In this document: positions 8,700 to 18,817 of the stretch, piece by piece
Position numbering within the stretch: the first letter of the stretch is position 1
How the letters are laid out: each line of letters begins with the position of its first letter
Program-made: the position numbers and the translations under genes
Assembly: GCA_965237525.1 (NCBI GenBank)
Contig: CBDEFO010000007.1
Span: 96,001-160,000 of the forward strand
Direction of reading: 5' to 3'
DNA length: 64,000 nt
Source of the DNA: Candidatus Latescibacterota bacterium
GTDB lineage: Bacteria; Latescibacterota; CBDEFO01
Notes under the pieces: generated by a model
The model's database searches: none
What the model saw: the letters and a program-made list of their open reading frames with translations, nothing else
What the model was told of the DNA's origin: nothing

Positions 8700-10316
8700 C
8701 TATCTCTGTCGTGAATCCTGCCACCATTCGTCCCGGCGCGGCGCGTGCCGATGATGGCGGTACTCCACTACGAGTTCCACATCGTGCAGCAAGACGGGTG
8801 GTACACACCGCGGGTCGTGGCTCTTCAGGTCGACCCGGATGGTATTATCGCCTAATGACGGCAGCGGCCCCAATCTCAGCAGATCAACGGTTATCCAGTA
8901 GGTATCAATGAGCCGGGGATTGCCGGGGACGGGCCGTACCGAGTAGGTCCAGTCGAGCCATTCCTGGTGCTGGCGAGGGATCTGCTCGCCATTCAGCCAT
9001 AAATCAAAGGTGTCGCTGTGTATCAGCGAGAGGATGCGGATCCGCAGCTCGCACCTGGACAGCTCGCCCAGTTCCTTCTTTGCAGACAGATCATCGCTGA
9101 CATAGAGAGTCTGCGGCGCACCCTGTTCTCCTACCTTCAGTTCGACGGGAAGCCGATTGGGTGATAAATAGTCTCCGGGCGTATCCTCAGGCCCATTTGG
9201 ACCCTGTCGCACAGCAAAATGCTTGTCCTTATGGGCCAGTAGTTCGGGATGCCCCATGTAGCGGATGGTCTCGAAGTCCGCATCTGAATAGGGATAGCCG
9301 GATGGATAGTAAGTAGAAAAGAAGGCACCATGGGCGCCCTCCCGATAGGCATTGCTTGCCTGGGCTACTTGCATTTCACGTGTGGCATTTTGAAAGGCAT
9401 CGTGGCGGATAATGTTGGAAATACCCTTTATGATCTTGACATCTGTGCCGCGGGCTGCCTCTATCAGTTCAGCGATGCTGGCGGGATGTTGCTCCATTAA
9501 CCCCAGTTTGTGAGGCGGCATCGCCAGCACTGTATCCACGATCCCCTCCCGGATCATCGTCTCCAGATCGATCCCCAGGGCCTTGCTTCCCTCCAGGCTG
9601 GCGGCAGCGAGGACCAAAAGACGCTTCTCCCTGCCCTGTTGTTCAGCCGCCTTGTCGCATAAGCTCCGGACCTCATCAACAAACTGAGTGAAGGTATCAG
9701 TGTGCTCCTCGACCTCCCGGCGCGCAAGGAAAGGGGCATAATCCAAAATATTCAGCTCAATTCCGTCCGAGTCATAGGCAGATACCAGTTCTTCGACCAC
9801 AGCCAGGCGATTCTGGCGGACTTCGGGGATGGCGTAGGAGAAGCGGCCGGGATCATCCCAGCGGGCTTCTGGAAAATCCGGCTCAGGTCCCACCTGGTAC
9901 TCGGGATGCTCAAAGCAGAAATCTGAGCAGCGGCAGTCCGTCACCTCAGCGGGTTCCTGGTGCTGCATCGCCAACAGAAGGCTGGGCATAAAGCTGAATC
10001 CCAGATCGTGGGCCCGCTGGCAGACCACCCTGAGCGGATCGTGCCCATCTGTGATAAACTGCTCCAGATTCAGGCCTGCGCGGTAAAAGATTATTTGGTT
10101 GGTCTTCTTGACATTGTGGCCCCAGCGCTCACCGGCCTTGGTGTCGTAGAGCAGAACCCGGCAGTCCCCCACAGCGTAGGTGATGGTGTCAATCCCCAGG
10201 TCTACCAGTTCATCGATAGGTGCGGTGTAGATACGCTCATCCATCGGCGGTTCGTAGATATAGACCGATGTATGCCTGCCATCGGTGTAGAAGACAACCT
10301 CCTTTTCGCGGCTCAT
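8700..10316 (-). CDS. Glycoside hydrolase-like TIM-barrel protein (GHL10-like), uncharacterised
   Basis: GHDPLRVVCQRAHDLG, HPEY and SYAIPEVRQNRLAVVEELVSAYDSDGIEL pattern typical of GH10-like barrels. Confidence 0.55.
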   Translation of the reverse strand: MSREKEVVFYTDGRHTSVYIYEPPMDERIYTAPIDELVDLGIDTITYAVGDCRVLLYDTKAGERWGHNVKKTNQIIFYRAGLNLEQFITDGHDPLRVVCQRAHDLGFSFMPSLLLAMQHQEPAEVTDCRCSDFCFEHPEYQVGPEPDFPEARWDDPGRFSYAIPEVRQNRLAVVEELVSAYDSDGIELNILDYAPFLARREVEEHTDTFTQFVDEVRSLCDKAAEQQGREKRLLVLAAASLEGSKALGIDLETMIREGIVDTVLAMPPHKLGLMEQHPASIAELIEAARGTDVKIIKGISNIIRHDAFQNATREMQVAQASNAYREGAHGAFFSTYYPSGYPYSDADFETIRYMGHPELLAHKDKHFAVRQGPNGPEDTPGDYLSPNRLPVELKVGEQGAPQTLYVSDDLSAKKELGELSRCELRIRILSLIHSDTFDLWLNGEQIPRQHQEWLDWTYSVRPVPGNPRLIDTYWITVDLLRLGPLPSLGDNTIRVDLKSHDPRCVPPVLLHDVELVVEYRHHRHAPRRDEWWQDSRQR

Positions 10317-10331
10317 AGTCCTCTCCCTCCT

Positions 10332-11405
10332 CTATTGGTTAGTGCACCCTGCTGCCTCTTCAACTGACTGCGGGCTTCCGACTGCGTCACCCCCGGCCCA
10401 TCGATAAGGGCGCGGATACAGAACCAGGGAACGATCTTTAAGGGGCAGCTTTACGGGGACATTTCCTAATTGGGCTGAGAGTTTAGCAGCGATAGCCACC
10501 TCCAATGCCTGCCTGAGATCATGCCCCGATATCCACAGCTCGCTCCCGGTCTCCACAGCGGCCAGGAAAGATCGGATGGATCCGGTCAGATAAGAGAACT
10601 CGCTCCAGTCGTATGGCTCATATCCAGGATCGATGCGGATGCGGGCGCCGTTGGCATCACAGCCCTGAAATATCTCCGGCGGCGCCCAGTCCCAGCGAAC
10701 CAGGGCCTCTTTACTCCAGACATCCACGCCCCGGGAGGAAGTGGTAGAGCCAAAGACTGCACATTCGATGCCGGATGTAAGGTGAAACAGGCCGTGAATA
10801 ATCAAACCACCATCGGCGTCTTTTTCCAGAGCCTCCGCCGGCGTCCCCCAACACATCACCTCATCTACTTCAGCATTCGTAAAGAGTCTCAGCACCGAAA
10901 TATTTTGGCAACCACCACCGGATATCTCGCCCCTGAATCCGTGCACACTTGCACCTGACAACTCCCCGAACTCCCCGGAACGGAGGCTACGTCCGGCCGC
11001 CTGCACTTCGTGCATGGCCCGCTGTAGGTTCCCCCCGGAGAATACCACGCCGCGGTCTTCACAGGTCTCCACCATCTCGTCCGCATCCGAAAGCATAGCC
11101 GCGATCGGCTTGTCCGTGGACACACCTTTCACGCCGGCCTCGGCACAGGCGATCACCGCCTCCTTCATATGCTTTGTAGGCGTCACCACCGCCGCGATGT
11201 CCGGGACAATATCTCTGAGCAGGGCGGAGGCGTCCGCATAGAGGGCAGATACATCGAAGCGCTCACCCACAGCCTTGCGGCGCCCTGGGTTGTACTCTGC
11301 GATAGCGACGATCTCACAGTCCGGATATGTCGTATAGGCCTCGGCATATACCTGTCCCAGGCGACCGCAGCCTATAATAGCCACCCGGTGTTTGATCTGG
11401 CTCAT
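10332..11405 (-). CDS. Gfo/Idh/MocA family NAD(P)-dependent oxidoreductase
   Basis: VAIIGCGRLG Rossmann motif; DKPIA motif. Confidence 0.88.
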   Translation of the reverse strand: MSQIKHRVAIIGCGRLGQVYAEAYTTYPDCEIVAIAEYNPGRRKAVGERFDVSALYADASALLRDIVPDIAAVVTPTKHMKEAVIACAEAGVKGVSTDKPIAAMLSDADEMVETCEDRGVVFSGGNLQRAMHEVQAAGRSLRSGEFGELSGASVHGFRGEISGGGCQNISVLRLFTNAEVDEVMCWGTPAEALEKDADGGLIIHGLFHLTSGIECAVFGSTTSSRGVDVWSKEALVRWDWAPPEIFQGCDANGARIRIDPGYEPYDWSEFSYLTGSIRSFLAAVETGSELWISGHDLRQALEVAIAAKLSAQLGNVPVKLPLKDRSLVLYPRPYRWAGGDAVGSPQSVEEAAGCTNQ

Positions 11406-11542
11406 TACATTCTCCCTCCTTTAGTCCTTAAATGACCAGTTCCGATACGTCAAGTCAATATCCGAGGCCAACTTCAGATGGCGCTCTATCTTGTGTCTCT
11501 CCCGTACCGGTCTCGTAACGGGGAAATCAGGACATAAAAAGC

Positions 11543-12634
11543 CTACGGAATCTGCGGCGGGCCTGTATAGCCGATGCTCTCCCAGCCAGCCACATCACCG
11601 CCTTTCAGACGGTATGGATGAGGGAAGATCTTAAGAGAGCGGTCTTCCAAAGGCAGAACAATGCGCCGGTTACCGCGCAGCGATGAAAGGTTCAGGGCAA
11701 TGGCGATTTCCAGTGCGTGCCGGTAGTCGTGGCCGCTGCACTCAGCCTCCTGGCCAGTGTCAAAGGCCCGCATGAGCCGCTCGATAACAGGTATAAAGGG
11801 GTCGTCAAGCCAGGGAGCATCAAAAAACTCCGGATATACCGGAGTCGAAAGTGCTCCGTCCTCCTGAATGAGCACTGGCCTGGGTAGGGTGATCCACACC
11901 TGACCGTTCTCGCCGGTGACTGCGACCTGGCAGGGCACTGCTTGTTCAGGACGTGGCTGGGGGATCTCACAGATGATTCCGCCGGACAGTCCCAGGCGGC
12001 CATAAGCGGGACAGTCGACCTCGCTGTCCGCCGCTTCCTCTGCGCGGAATCCCGGCTCGGGTGGCAGCGTCCAGCCCTCGACCCACTCCACTTCCATACC
12101 AGTGACGAAACGCATTATAGTAAGCAGATGACATCCCCCTCCCGATACCTCGCGCGGCAGTCCGCCTGGAATAGCCGCGGCGGTTAGCCGGCCGATGTTT
12201 CCGGCCCGGATCCAGTCGACGACCTCTGGCAGATACGGAACACACCAGTGGGCGTCCCCGCACCCTAAAGCGGTGCCACGTTCGCGGCAGATGCGCACAA
12301 TTTCATCAGCACGGGCAAGCTCTGAGGCTATAGGCTTCTCGCACGAGACCACCTTTATTCCAGCTTCCGCGCAGGGGATCACCCCGCCATAAGTCTGGGA
12401 CACCGGCAGAATAAGGGAGACGATATCAGGAATATCTCTGGCCAATAGCTCATCCACAGTGTCGTAGACCGTCTGGATACCGTAGTGGTTGGCGAAGTCC
12501 TGTCGGCGGTTCCGGGAGCGATCCACTAAAGCCACGATCTCACAGTCCGGATGGTTGGCGTAGGCTCGGAGAAAGTGGCGGCCCCAGGTTCCAGCGCCAC
12601 CTACGACAGCGACTCTATACTTTTTAGTCGGCAA
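11543..12634 (-). CDS. Gfo/Idh/MocA family oxidoreductase (paralog of the adjacent gene)
   Basis: VAVVGGAGTWG and CEKPIA. Shares EVSGGGC, SGHD and LPLxDRSL..PxPYR with 10332-11405. TTG start. Confidence 0.88.
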   Translation of the reverse strand: MPTKKYRVAVVGGAGTWGRHFLRAYANHPDCEIVALVDRSRNRRQDFANHYGIQTVYDTVDELLARDIPDIVSLILPVSQTYGGVIPCAEAGIKVVSCEKPIASELARADEIVRICRERGTALGCGDAHWCVPYLPEVVDWIRAGNIGRLTAAAIPGGLPREVSGGGCHLLTIMRFVTGMEVEWVEGWTLPPEPGFRAEEAADSEVDCPAYGRLGLSGGIICEIPQPRPEQAVPCQVAVTGENGQVWITLPRPVLIQEDGALSTPVYPEFFDAPWLDDPFIPVIERLMRAFDTGQEAECSGHDYRHALEIAIALNLSSLRGNRRIVLPLEDRSLKIFPHPYRLKGGDVAGWESIGYTGPPQIP

Positions 12635-13063
12635 AAGGCTCCTCCTTTGGCCATATCAGACGCATTGTGTCCTCTACAGCGGAAAACTCCACCTAATTCC
12701 AACGCTACTGTAGTGGATCGACCGGCTGCCAGTTGGCTCTTGCCCTCTGACGGGATACCCCTTACGATGACAACCGAGCTGAGCACTTCCGGATGCTCGA
12801 AACTACTCGGGTTAAACTGAAGGGAGCGCTGGATTTCGTCCATTTTACCTGATCGACTTCTGGGCACTGGAGAGGGTTTTTGAACCGCATAATATTTACG
12901 CACCGATTCAAGACGCAAATGTTGTTTCTCCTTTGCAATCCCAAAATTATTCATCTGCAGATACGAATTTAGGTAAAGTGAGTGATTTACAACGGTGTTT
13001 AAACGCAAGATACACACAGCCGGAATAACAGGGTTAAGTGATATGTAACGTCCACCAGGATAC

Positions 13064-13966
13064 TCATGCCACTTCAAAATCCAGGGCATCGAGGGACCGG
13101 CGCAGTTGGGACTCTCCATCAGGTGAGAGCGGTGGGAAATTGCGGGGTGGACCCACCGGGGTACCGCGCCATCCAAGCATGGCCTTGATAGCGGCCATTG
13201 CGCCTGCTTCAAAGATCGGGGCAATGACCCTATTGGCCCGGGTCTGGGCCATCATGGCCTGGCGGATGTCACCGGCCTCGAAGCTCTTGCGCATCTGGAC
13301 GAAGAGGCGCGGCATGATGTTATAGGTCGTGCCGATGGCTCCATCGCTGCCCATGACCATAGCGGCCAGACACATCTGGTCCGGTCCGGAGATGGCGTTG
13401 ATCCGACCTTCCGAAAGGTCCACCAACTGCTGAAATAGGTACAAGTCATTATCGGTGAACTTGATCCCCGTGAAGTTGGGCACGGAATTCATAGCCTCTA
13501 GGAACTGCGGGACCGTAACGGAACTGTCCGCGTTGCGGGCTAGCCAGTAGACATAGAAGGGCAGATCGGCGGCCGCGCCAATAGCACTGTAGTGCTCGAC
13601 TGCTGCCGGCAGATCGTTGGGCCTGTCGATGGGGGCCACGGAGGCGACAGCATCCGCTCCGATCTCAGCCGCGTGCTTCGCAAGTTCCACGGCGTTCTCC
13701 GTACTGGTCGCCCCTACCTGGAGGATAATCGGCACATCTCCGGCTACCTCCCTGACCACGACTTCGGCCATCTGCTTCCGCTCTCCCACGCTCATGGCCG
13801 CGCCCTCACCCGTACTGCCGCAGACGAAGAAGCCACTGGAGCCTGCGTCCAGCAGCGCGCGCAGCAGAGGAGGAACTCGCTCTAGGGCCAGCTCTTGTCC
13901 ACTGTCATCAAAGGGGGTACAGAGTGCCGGAAGTATTCCGCAAGCCAGTTTGGGTGTAGCGCACAT
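13064..13966 (-). CDS. Dihydrodipicolinate synthase family, N-acetylneuraminate lyase-like
   Basis: PALCTPF, CGSTGEG, GIKFT (Schiff-base Lys) and GAIGTTYN. Likely start 13966. Confidence 0.85.
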   Translation of the reverse strand: MCATPKLACGILPALCTPFDDSGQELALERVPPLLRALLDAGSSGFFVCGSTGEGAAMSVGERKQMAEVVVREVAGDVPIILQVGATSTENAVELAKHAAEIGADAVASVAPIDRPNDLPAAVEHYSAIGAAADLPFYVYWLARNADSSVTVPQFLEAMNSVPNFTGIKFTDNDLYLFQQLVDLSEGRINAISGPDQMCLAAMVMGSDGAIGTTYNIMPRLFVQMRKSFEAGDIRQAMMAQTRANRVIAPIFEAGAMAAIKAMLGWRGTPVGPPRNFPPLSPDGESQLRRSLDALDFEVA

Positions 13967-14020
13967 TAGTTTCCTTCCTTTCTCATTCCCGTACCTGACG
14001 GGCGTAGGCGATCCCCGCCC

Positions 14021-14039
14021 CCCGATAGAGTCAATCGGG
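14021..14039 (-). repeat. 19-bp palindromic element (reverse orientation)
   Basis: CCCGATAGAGTCAATCGGG, flanked by C and G. Confidence 0.85.
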
Positions 14040-14461
14040 GATGAACTCGACTCTCGAACCCGGTATCGGATCAAGGCTAAGGTAATTGCAGCTGAGCCGC
14101 TGTGATATTTGGGACACTTTCGATCGTTTTACTGGAGCATCGTTGCAAATCAAAATAGAATCCATACACTGTCCCGTACTTCAACTGTTAGGCAAGAGGA
14201 TGACGGGTATAAGGTACTTTATCTGTGTGGGGCATGTCAACAGGAAAATAGCCATGTTGGTCAGAAAATATCAGGATCATTTTGCGACTTGGAAAGATAG
14301 CACTTTTCAAGGATCTATCGCACACGGAACATCTATCGGGGGGGACGCGTGTCTGCCCTGAAAATACGGGCGAACCAGTTCGTGCTTTGCTGCCACCACC
14401 TCATCCTCCCTGACAAAGCGCCCACGGCGCCTCACCCCAGCGTATACATATGTTGGGGTAA

Positions 14462-14916
14462 ATGGATCTTTCCATTTTTTGCACTGATAGCGCATGTCTG
14501 TATCTATACTTAATTTACCGTGCTAAGGGACTTATCGAAGTGCCCGATATCCAGCAGGATCTGAATGAGGCCCCCCCTCGATGTGAGGGAAAGGGATGCG
14601 GTCTTGCTTCACACAGGTCACCACAGAAGGATGTACGCCTGCTTTCACCACCGACTGGGCGGGGATATCGGCAGACACATCCCGATGGTTCGCATATAAG
14701 AAGATTACTGCCTTTGGAGTAGAATCGCCAGGGCCGGGCATTCCGGGCGTATCCAACGAAGATGTCTATAGAATCTGCGGACAGATGGGTTTTACACACT
14801 ATGAGAACCTTGTGAATTTTGATAAAGTTCTGGGCGTGGGCAGATTCAGATTTATCGCTTTTCCTCTCAAGATTAGAAGAGGTGCAGGTTCACCTGTCAG
14901 GGCTGTAGCAGTTTAA
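14462..14916 (+). pseudogene. Cyclase/kynurenine formamidase family remnant (5'-truncated, frameshifted)
   Basis: C-terminal FGVESPGPG...HYENLVN...RFRFIAFPLKIRRGAGSPVRAVAV. The upstream DAVLLHTGH segment lies in another frame after a C7 run. Confidence 0.7.
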
Positions 14917-14932
14917 GATGGATAGAGGGTAT

Positions 14933-16222
14933 CTATCCTTCAGGAGGCCACGGATCCAGTGTCGCCCCTGACGGGCGAGTCCCGGTCGGTCTTATGATCT
15001 GCTTCTCAGAAGGGCCATAAACCACGTCCAGATGAGGCGTCTCCACTCTGCTGTAGCCCTGATACCTCGAGTTCATCACGGAATCTATCGCCCCCGTCGT
15101 CAAAAGTGTCCTTTCTACCCGATACTGGGGCTTTCCCGTCAAAAACATCTCTTGTATGTTTAAAGACAGATAGCTGAAGTTTCCATGGGGCGGCTGGTTT
15201 TGAATATAAAATTCCGTCGCCAGTACCTCTCCATCAGAGAGCCCGGCAAACGCAAAATCATAGATATAGCCCAAAAGCATCAGTATTGTGGCTTTGAGGC
15301 CATCTCTATATTCGATCATGAAAGCCGCCGGATTTGGACAGTGTTCCCGCATATCCCCCGGGGGTTTGTCAACGATTGCAGAAGAGGCGGCCTCCTCCAG
15401 CTTCCGCGACCAGAGACCCTCACTGCGGGCACTCCAGACATCCTCTCCCTCAAGGCACTGAACCGCTGCTATTCCCGTCTCTCCCCCACTTCTACGCTCC
15501 ACCATACACTGAAGGTTCTCAAGGGCGTGAATGCCGTATATCTCAACCCCTGAGTATGAGATTACTAACGATTCCTGTACGGGTGTACCTAACTCAAATT
15601 CCAGTTGAGGATTTCTCCAGGCCAGGGGAACAGACGATCCAGCCATCAGTGGGACATCCAACTCCTGCGCTCTCTCATACATCCATAGGGCGTCATCCCA
15701 GTTGTAGGATAGATGCTTGTCGTTGAACACAGGCACCGATTTTCCGCTGGAGGCAAAGACTCCGCAGATCTGCTCGAAAAAGTAGCGCCTGGGAAACATG
15801 TGCTGACCCTTCTCATTGGAAGGATAATCACCGTGCTCTCCGATTAAGAGCACGCCGTCTACTGCCAGCTTATCCCCTCCCAACGTAAGCGCCGCCCGAA
15901 TGCTCTGGTAGATAGGGATATTGTGCTCTGCTGCCAGCTTCTGTCCTACATCTTTTTCGTGGATCTGATCCAGATATATCGAGGCCAATTCCACTTTAGG
16001 TTCTTTCAAACCCTCATCGGTTGGGAATCCCTTCATGAACTTGGTGACGATCACATCTGCGTGGGATCCCTGAAAGTAAGTGGTGATGATAGCAGCTATC
16101 TTTTTCTTGTCCATAACGCCTCCTAAAGTATAGTAACTTTTGGCAAAGCTCTCTGCATAACTGACAAGGCCGATGCCGACCGATCCGGCAAGGGTAGTTT
16201 TAAGGAATTCTCTTCTATCCAT
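14933..16222 (-). CDS. Conserved hypothetical oxidoreductase-like protein with Tat signal
   Basis: MDRREFLK twin-arginine motif. VDGVLLIGEHGDYP, FNDKHL, AGSS and ERTLLTTG resemble a Gfo/Idh/MocA-related family. Confidence 0.7.
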   Translation of the reverse strand: MDRREFLKTTLAGSVGIGLVSYAESFAKSYYTLGGVMDKKKIAAIITTYFQGSHADVIVTKFMKGFPTDEGLKEPKVELASIYLDQIHEKDVGQKLAAEHNIPIYQSIRAALTLGGDKLAVDGVLLIGEHGDYPSNEKGQHMFPRRYFFEQICGVFASSGKSVPVFNDKHLSYNWDDALWMYERAQELDVPLMAGSSVPLAWRNPQLEFELGTPVQESLVISYSGVEIYGIHALENLQCMVERRSGGETGIAAVQCLEGEDVWSARSEGLWSRKLEEAASSAIVDKPPGDMREHCPNPAAFMIEYRDGLKATILMLLGYIYDFAFAGLSDGEVLATEFYIQNQPPHGNFSYLSLNIQEMFLTGKPQYRVERTLLTTGAIDSVMNSRYQGYSRVETPHLDVVYGPSEKQIIRPTGTRPSGATLDPWPPEG

Positions 16223-16290
16223 TTTTTTCCTTATCTATTGTCTACCGCCTACTTGCTTTAGTGCACACCCCCTCGCAAGGATTCAGCACA

Positions 16291-16319
16291 AATTTAATAT
16301 ATCCGATAAGTTTTGTCAA
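16291..16319 (-). promoter_or_regulatory. Putative sigma70 promoter for the Tat protein gene
   Basis: TTGACA-N17-TAAATT on the minus strand. Confidence 0.5.
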
Positions 16320-16506
16320 GATGCCTGTAGTTCAATTCCTGTTGTCCGGTTTCCTTCTGAATATTCTTGAACCCTCCTTCCAGGTTTACCCTGTGACGTC
16401 TCATCTGATTGGCGCAGAAATAGGAGTAGGGAGTTATGTAGGAACTCTCTTAAGTCAGAGAGTAGTGAATACTTAATTTGCCACATAAGGAATTTCTCAT
16501 ATTTAC

Positions 16507-16535
16507 TTGACAACTCGGAGCAAGTGGTTTAACAT
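16507..16535 (+). promoter_or_regulatory. Putative sigma70 promoter for the TonB/PQQ cluster
   Basis: TTGACA-N17-TAACAT. Confidence 0.55.
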
Positions 16536-16666
16536 ACTGGGGCGCTATGCTGTGGATCAGAGGAACCTGTTCAGGCCCGGCCTCTCAGAGCAGATTGAAT
16601 CACAAGGGGTAAAGAAATGCATCATTTTCAAAGCGGGAGGAAGCTACTATTCGGCTCCTAAGCCTC

Positions 16667-18754
16667 GTGCTCGTTGTTATGTCTGCTTCGGTATATCTAT
16701 ACGCTGAAGAGACCCAATCGGTAACCGAAGATCCGGAGGAGGTCATAGTCCTGGAGGAGGTGGTTGTGACTGCCACCCGGACGGATCAGACGCTCAGAGA
16801 CATTCCCGCCAACGTGACGATTCTTGACAGGGCGGATATCCAGCGATCGGCGGCTCAGACTCTGGACGATCTCTTGCGGCAGGTACCGGGCTTCAGTCTC
16901 TTTCGACGCTCAAGCAGCGTCGTGGCCCACCCCACCACACAGGGCGTGTCCCTGCGCGGAATCGGGGCCAGCGGATCCAGCCGTACCCTGATTCTTCTTG
17001 ATGGAATGCCCTTAAACGATCCGTTTGGGGGCTGGGTGCAGTGGAGCAAGGTCCGGATGGAGAGCGTTGAGCGTATCGAAGTGCTCCGAGGGGGAGGATC
17101 TCATATCTGGGGCAACTACGCCTTGGGCGGAGTCATTCACATCATCACATCGCGACCTCAGAAGAAGACAGTAACGCTCTCCGGCAAGCTAGGAAATCGG
17201 AAAACCGCGACCTTGGACTTTTCTGCCAGCGATCGCTTTGGATCAACCGGTCTGGCGCTTGAAGGAAGCTATTTCAATACCCGGGGGTATCCGATTGTTC
17301 GAGCGGATCAGCGGGGACAGATAGACGTTAACGCCGATTCCGAAAACAAGACCGTCAGGGTAAAGCTGACGCAGAATCTCTCGCCGACAGCTAAGCTGTA
17401 TCTACAAGGCGGCCTATTCAGTGAAGAACGTGACAACGGTACGCCCCTCACCCACAACAGCACAGACGCGGGATACATCGGGATAAGCACTACACTTCAG
17501 AGGTCGGATGGAAGCAAGTGGACCCTCACAGGCTTTTCGCACCTCCAGCGGTTCAAGAGTTTTTTCTCGTCCCAGGCCTCCGACCGGAATTCGGAAGGTC
17601 CGGCCCTCGATCAGTTTAATGTCCCTTCGCAGGCAGTAGGGATAACACTGGAGTGGCTCAAGCCGATAAGCGCAGAGCATCTGCTCACGGCAGGATCGGA
17701 CCTTCGATGGCTTTCGGGAGAGACCAACGAGGAGTTCTTCCTCAAGTCCAACCGGTTTGTCCGGCGCCGCAGGGCAGGTGGAGACCAGCAGGTGATGGGA
17801 ATTTACCTCCAGGACATCTTTATCCCCCGGCACCGCTGGCAGATCACGTATGGCAGCAGGGTCGATTTGTGGCGCAGTTTTGATGGTTCTCGCCTTGAGC
17901 GGAATCTGGAGACGGATGAGGTCATACGAGAGGATACATTCGCCGATCGAACCCGCTGGGTCTTCAACCCTAAGGTGGGGCTGCGCTTCGATGCGACCGA
18001 CCGCGTCTCCTTTCGAAGTTCCCTTTATCGGACCTTTCGCGCACCGACGTTGAACGAACTCTTCAGACCCTTTCGGGTCCGAAACGATATTACCGCGGCC
18101 AACGAAAACTTGAATCCGGAGCGACTGCACGGTGGGGAGGTTGGAATCGACTATGTCACCTCCTCCCTGACCGGTCGCCTGACAGGCTACTGGAACGAGG
18201 TGAAGGGATCTGTCGTCAACCTGACAATCGGAAGCGGACCAGGGCAGGTTGACCCCTGCGGGTTCGTTCCCGACGGTGGTCTCTGCCGTCAGCGGCACAA
18301 TCTGGACAGGACACGAATCCGTGGGATCGAAGCAGAGTTGACCTATCACAACCGTTCATTTTGGACTGGGTCTATAAGCTATCTCTTCAACGAAAGCAGA
18401 ATCGTGAGCGCACCGGCTCAGCCGGAGCTCGAAGGCAGGCGCCTTCCTCAGGTGCCAGAGCATCATCTAGTCCTGAAAATAAGTTATGCCAACCCGTCTC
18501 TACTGGTCGCCAGCGTTCAGGGACGGTATGTGGGCAATCAATTTGAAGACGATATCAATTCGCTTGAGCTTGGGGATTTCGGCGTGGTAGATCTCTTCGT
18601 GTCGCGACCGATCCAATCGGGAAGGGAGATTTTCTTTCAGGTGGAAAATCTTTTCGATCGATCCTACGCCGTCGGCAAGACAGGCGGTGGTCTGGTAACG
18701 ATCGGTGCACCGGTACGTTTCCATGCAGGATTTCGAATGATGATGCCCGACTGA
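16667..18754 (+). CDS. TonB-dependent receptor
   Basis: LEEVVVTATR TonB box, plug SLRGIG...ILLDGMPLND, IEVLRGG, FRAPTLNEL and ENLFDRSY. The true start is probably ATG 16617 with a 1-nt indel in the signal peptide. Confidence 0.92.
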   Translation: MLVVMSASVYLYAEETQSVTEDPEEVIVLEEVVVTATRTDQTLRDIPANVTILDRADIQRSAAQTLDDLLRQVPGFSLFRRSSSVVAHPTTQGVSLRGIGASGSSRTLILLDGMPLNDPFGGWVQWSKVRMESVERIEVLRGGGSHIWGNYALGGVIHIITSRPQKKTVTLSGKLGNRKTATLDFSASDRFGSTGLALEGSYFNTRGYPIVRADQRGQIDVNADSENKTVRVKLTQNLSPTAKLYLQGGLFSEERDNGTPLTHNSTDAGYIGISTTLQRSDGSKWTLTGFSHLQRFKSFFSSQASDRNSEGPALDQFNVPSQAVGITLEWLKPISAEHLLTAGSDLRWLSGETNEEFFLKSNRFVRRRRAGGDQQVMGIYLQDIFIPRHRWQITYGSRVDLWRSFDGSRLERNLETDEVIREDTFADRTRWVFNPKVGLRFDATDRVSFRSSLYRTFRAPTLNELFRPFRVRNDITAANENLNPERLHGGEVGIDYVTSSLTGRLTGYWNEVKGSVVNLTIGSGPGQVDPCGFVPDGGLCRQRHNLDRTRIRGIEAELTYHNRSFWTGSISYLFNESRIVSAPAQPELEGRRLPQVPEHHLVLKISYANPSLLVASVQGRYVGNQFEDDINSLELGDFGVVDLFVSRPIQSGREIFFQVENLFDRSYAVGKTGGGLVTIGAPVRFHAGFRMMMPD

Positions 18755-18764
18755 ATCTATCGGG
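18746..18764 (+). repeat. 19-bp palindromic element overlapping the TonB receptor stop codon
   Basis: CCCGACTGAATCTATCGGG; its TGA is the gene's stop. Confidence 0.8.
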
Positions 18765-18817
18765 GATGAAGCTGTAGAGAAGTTCTCATAACGTCTCATG
18801 ATAAAGGAGGTCAAACT

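Noticed and set aside
12601..13224. 207-aa minus-strand ORF with P-loop-like VIVRGIPSEGKS
   Set aside because: It overlaps real genes at both ends and the motif is imperfect; at best a scrap.
17414..18349. 311-aa minus-strand ORF and similar long antisense ORFs
   Set aside because: Shadows of well-supported genes, with no motifs of their own.
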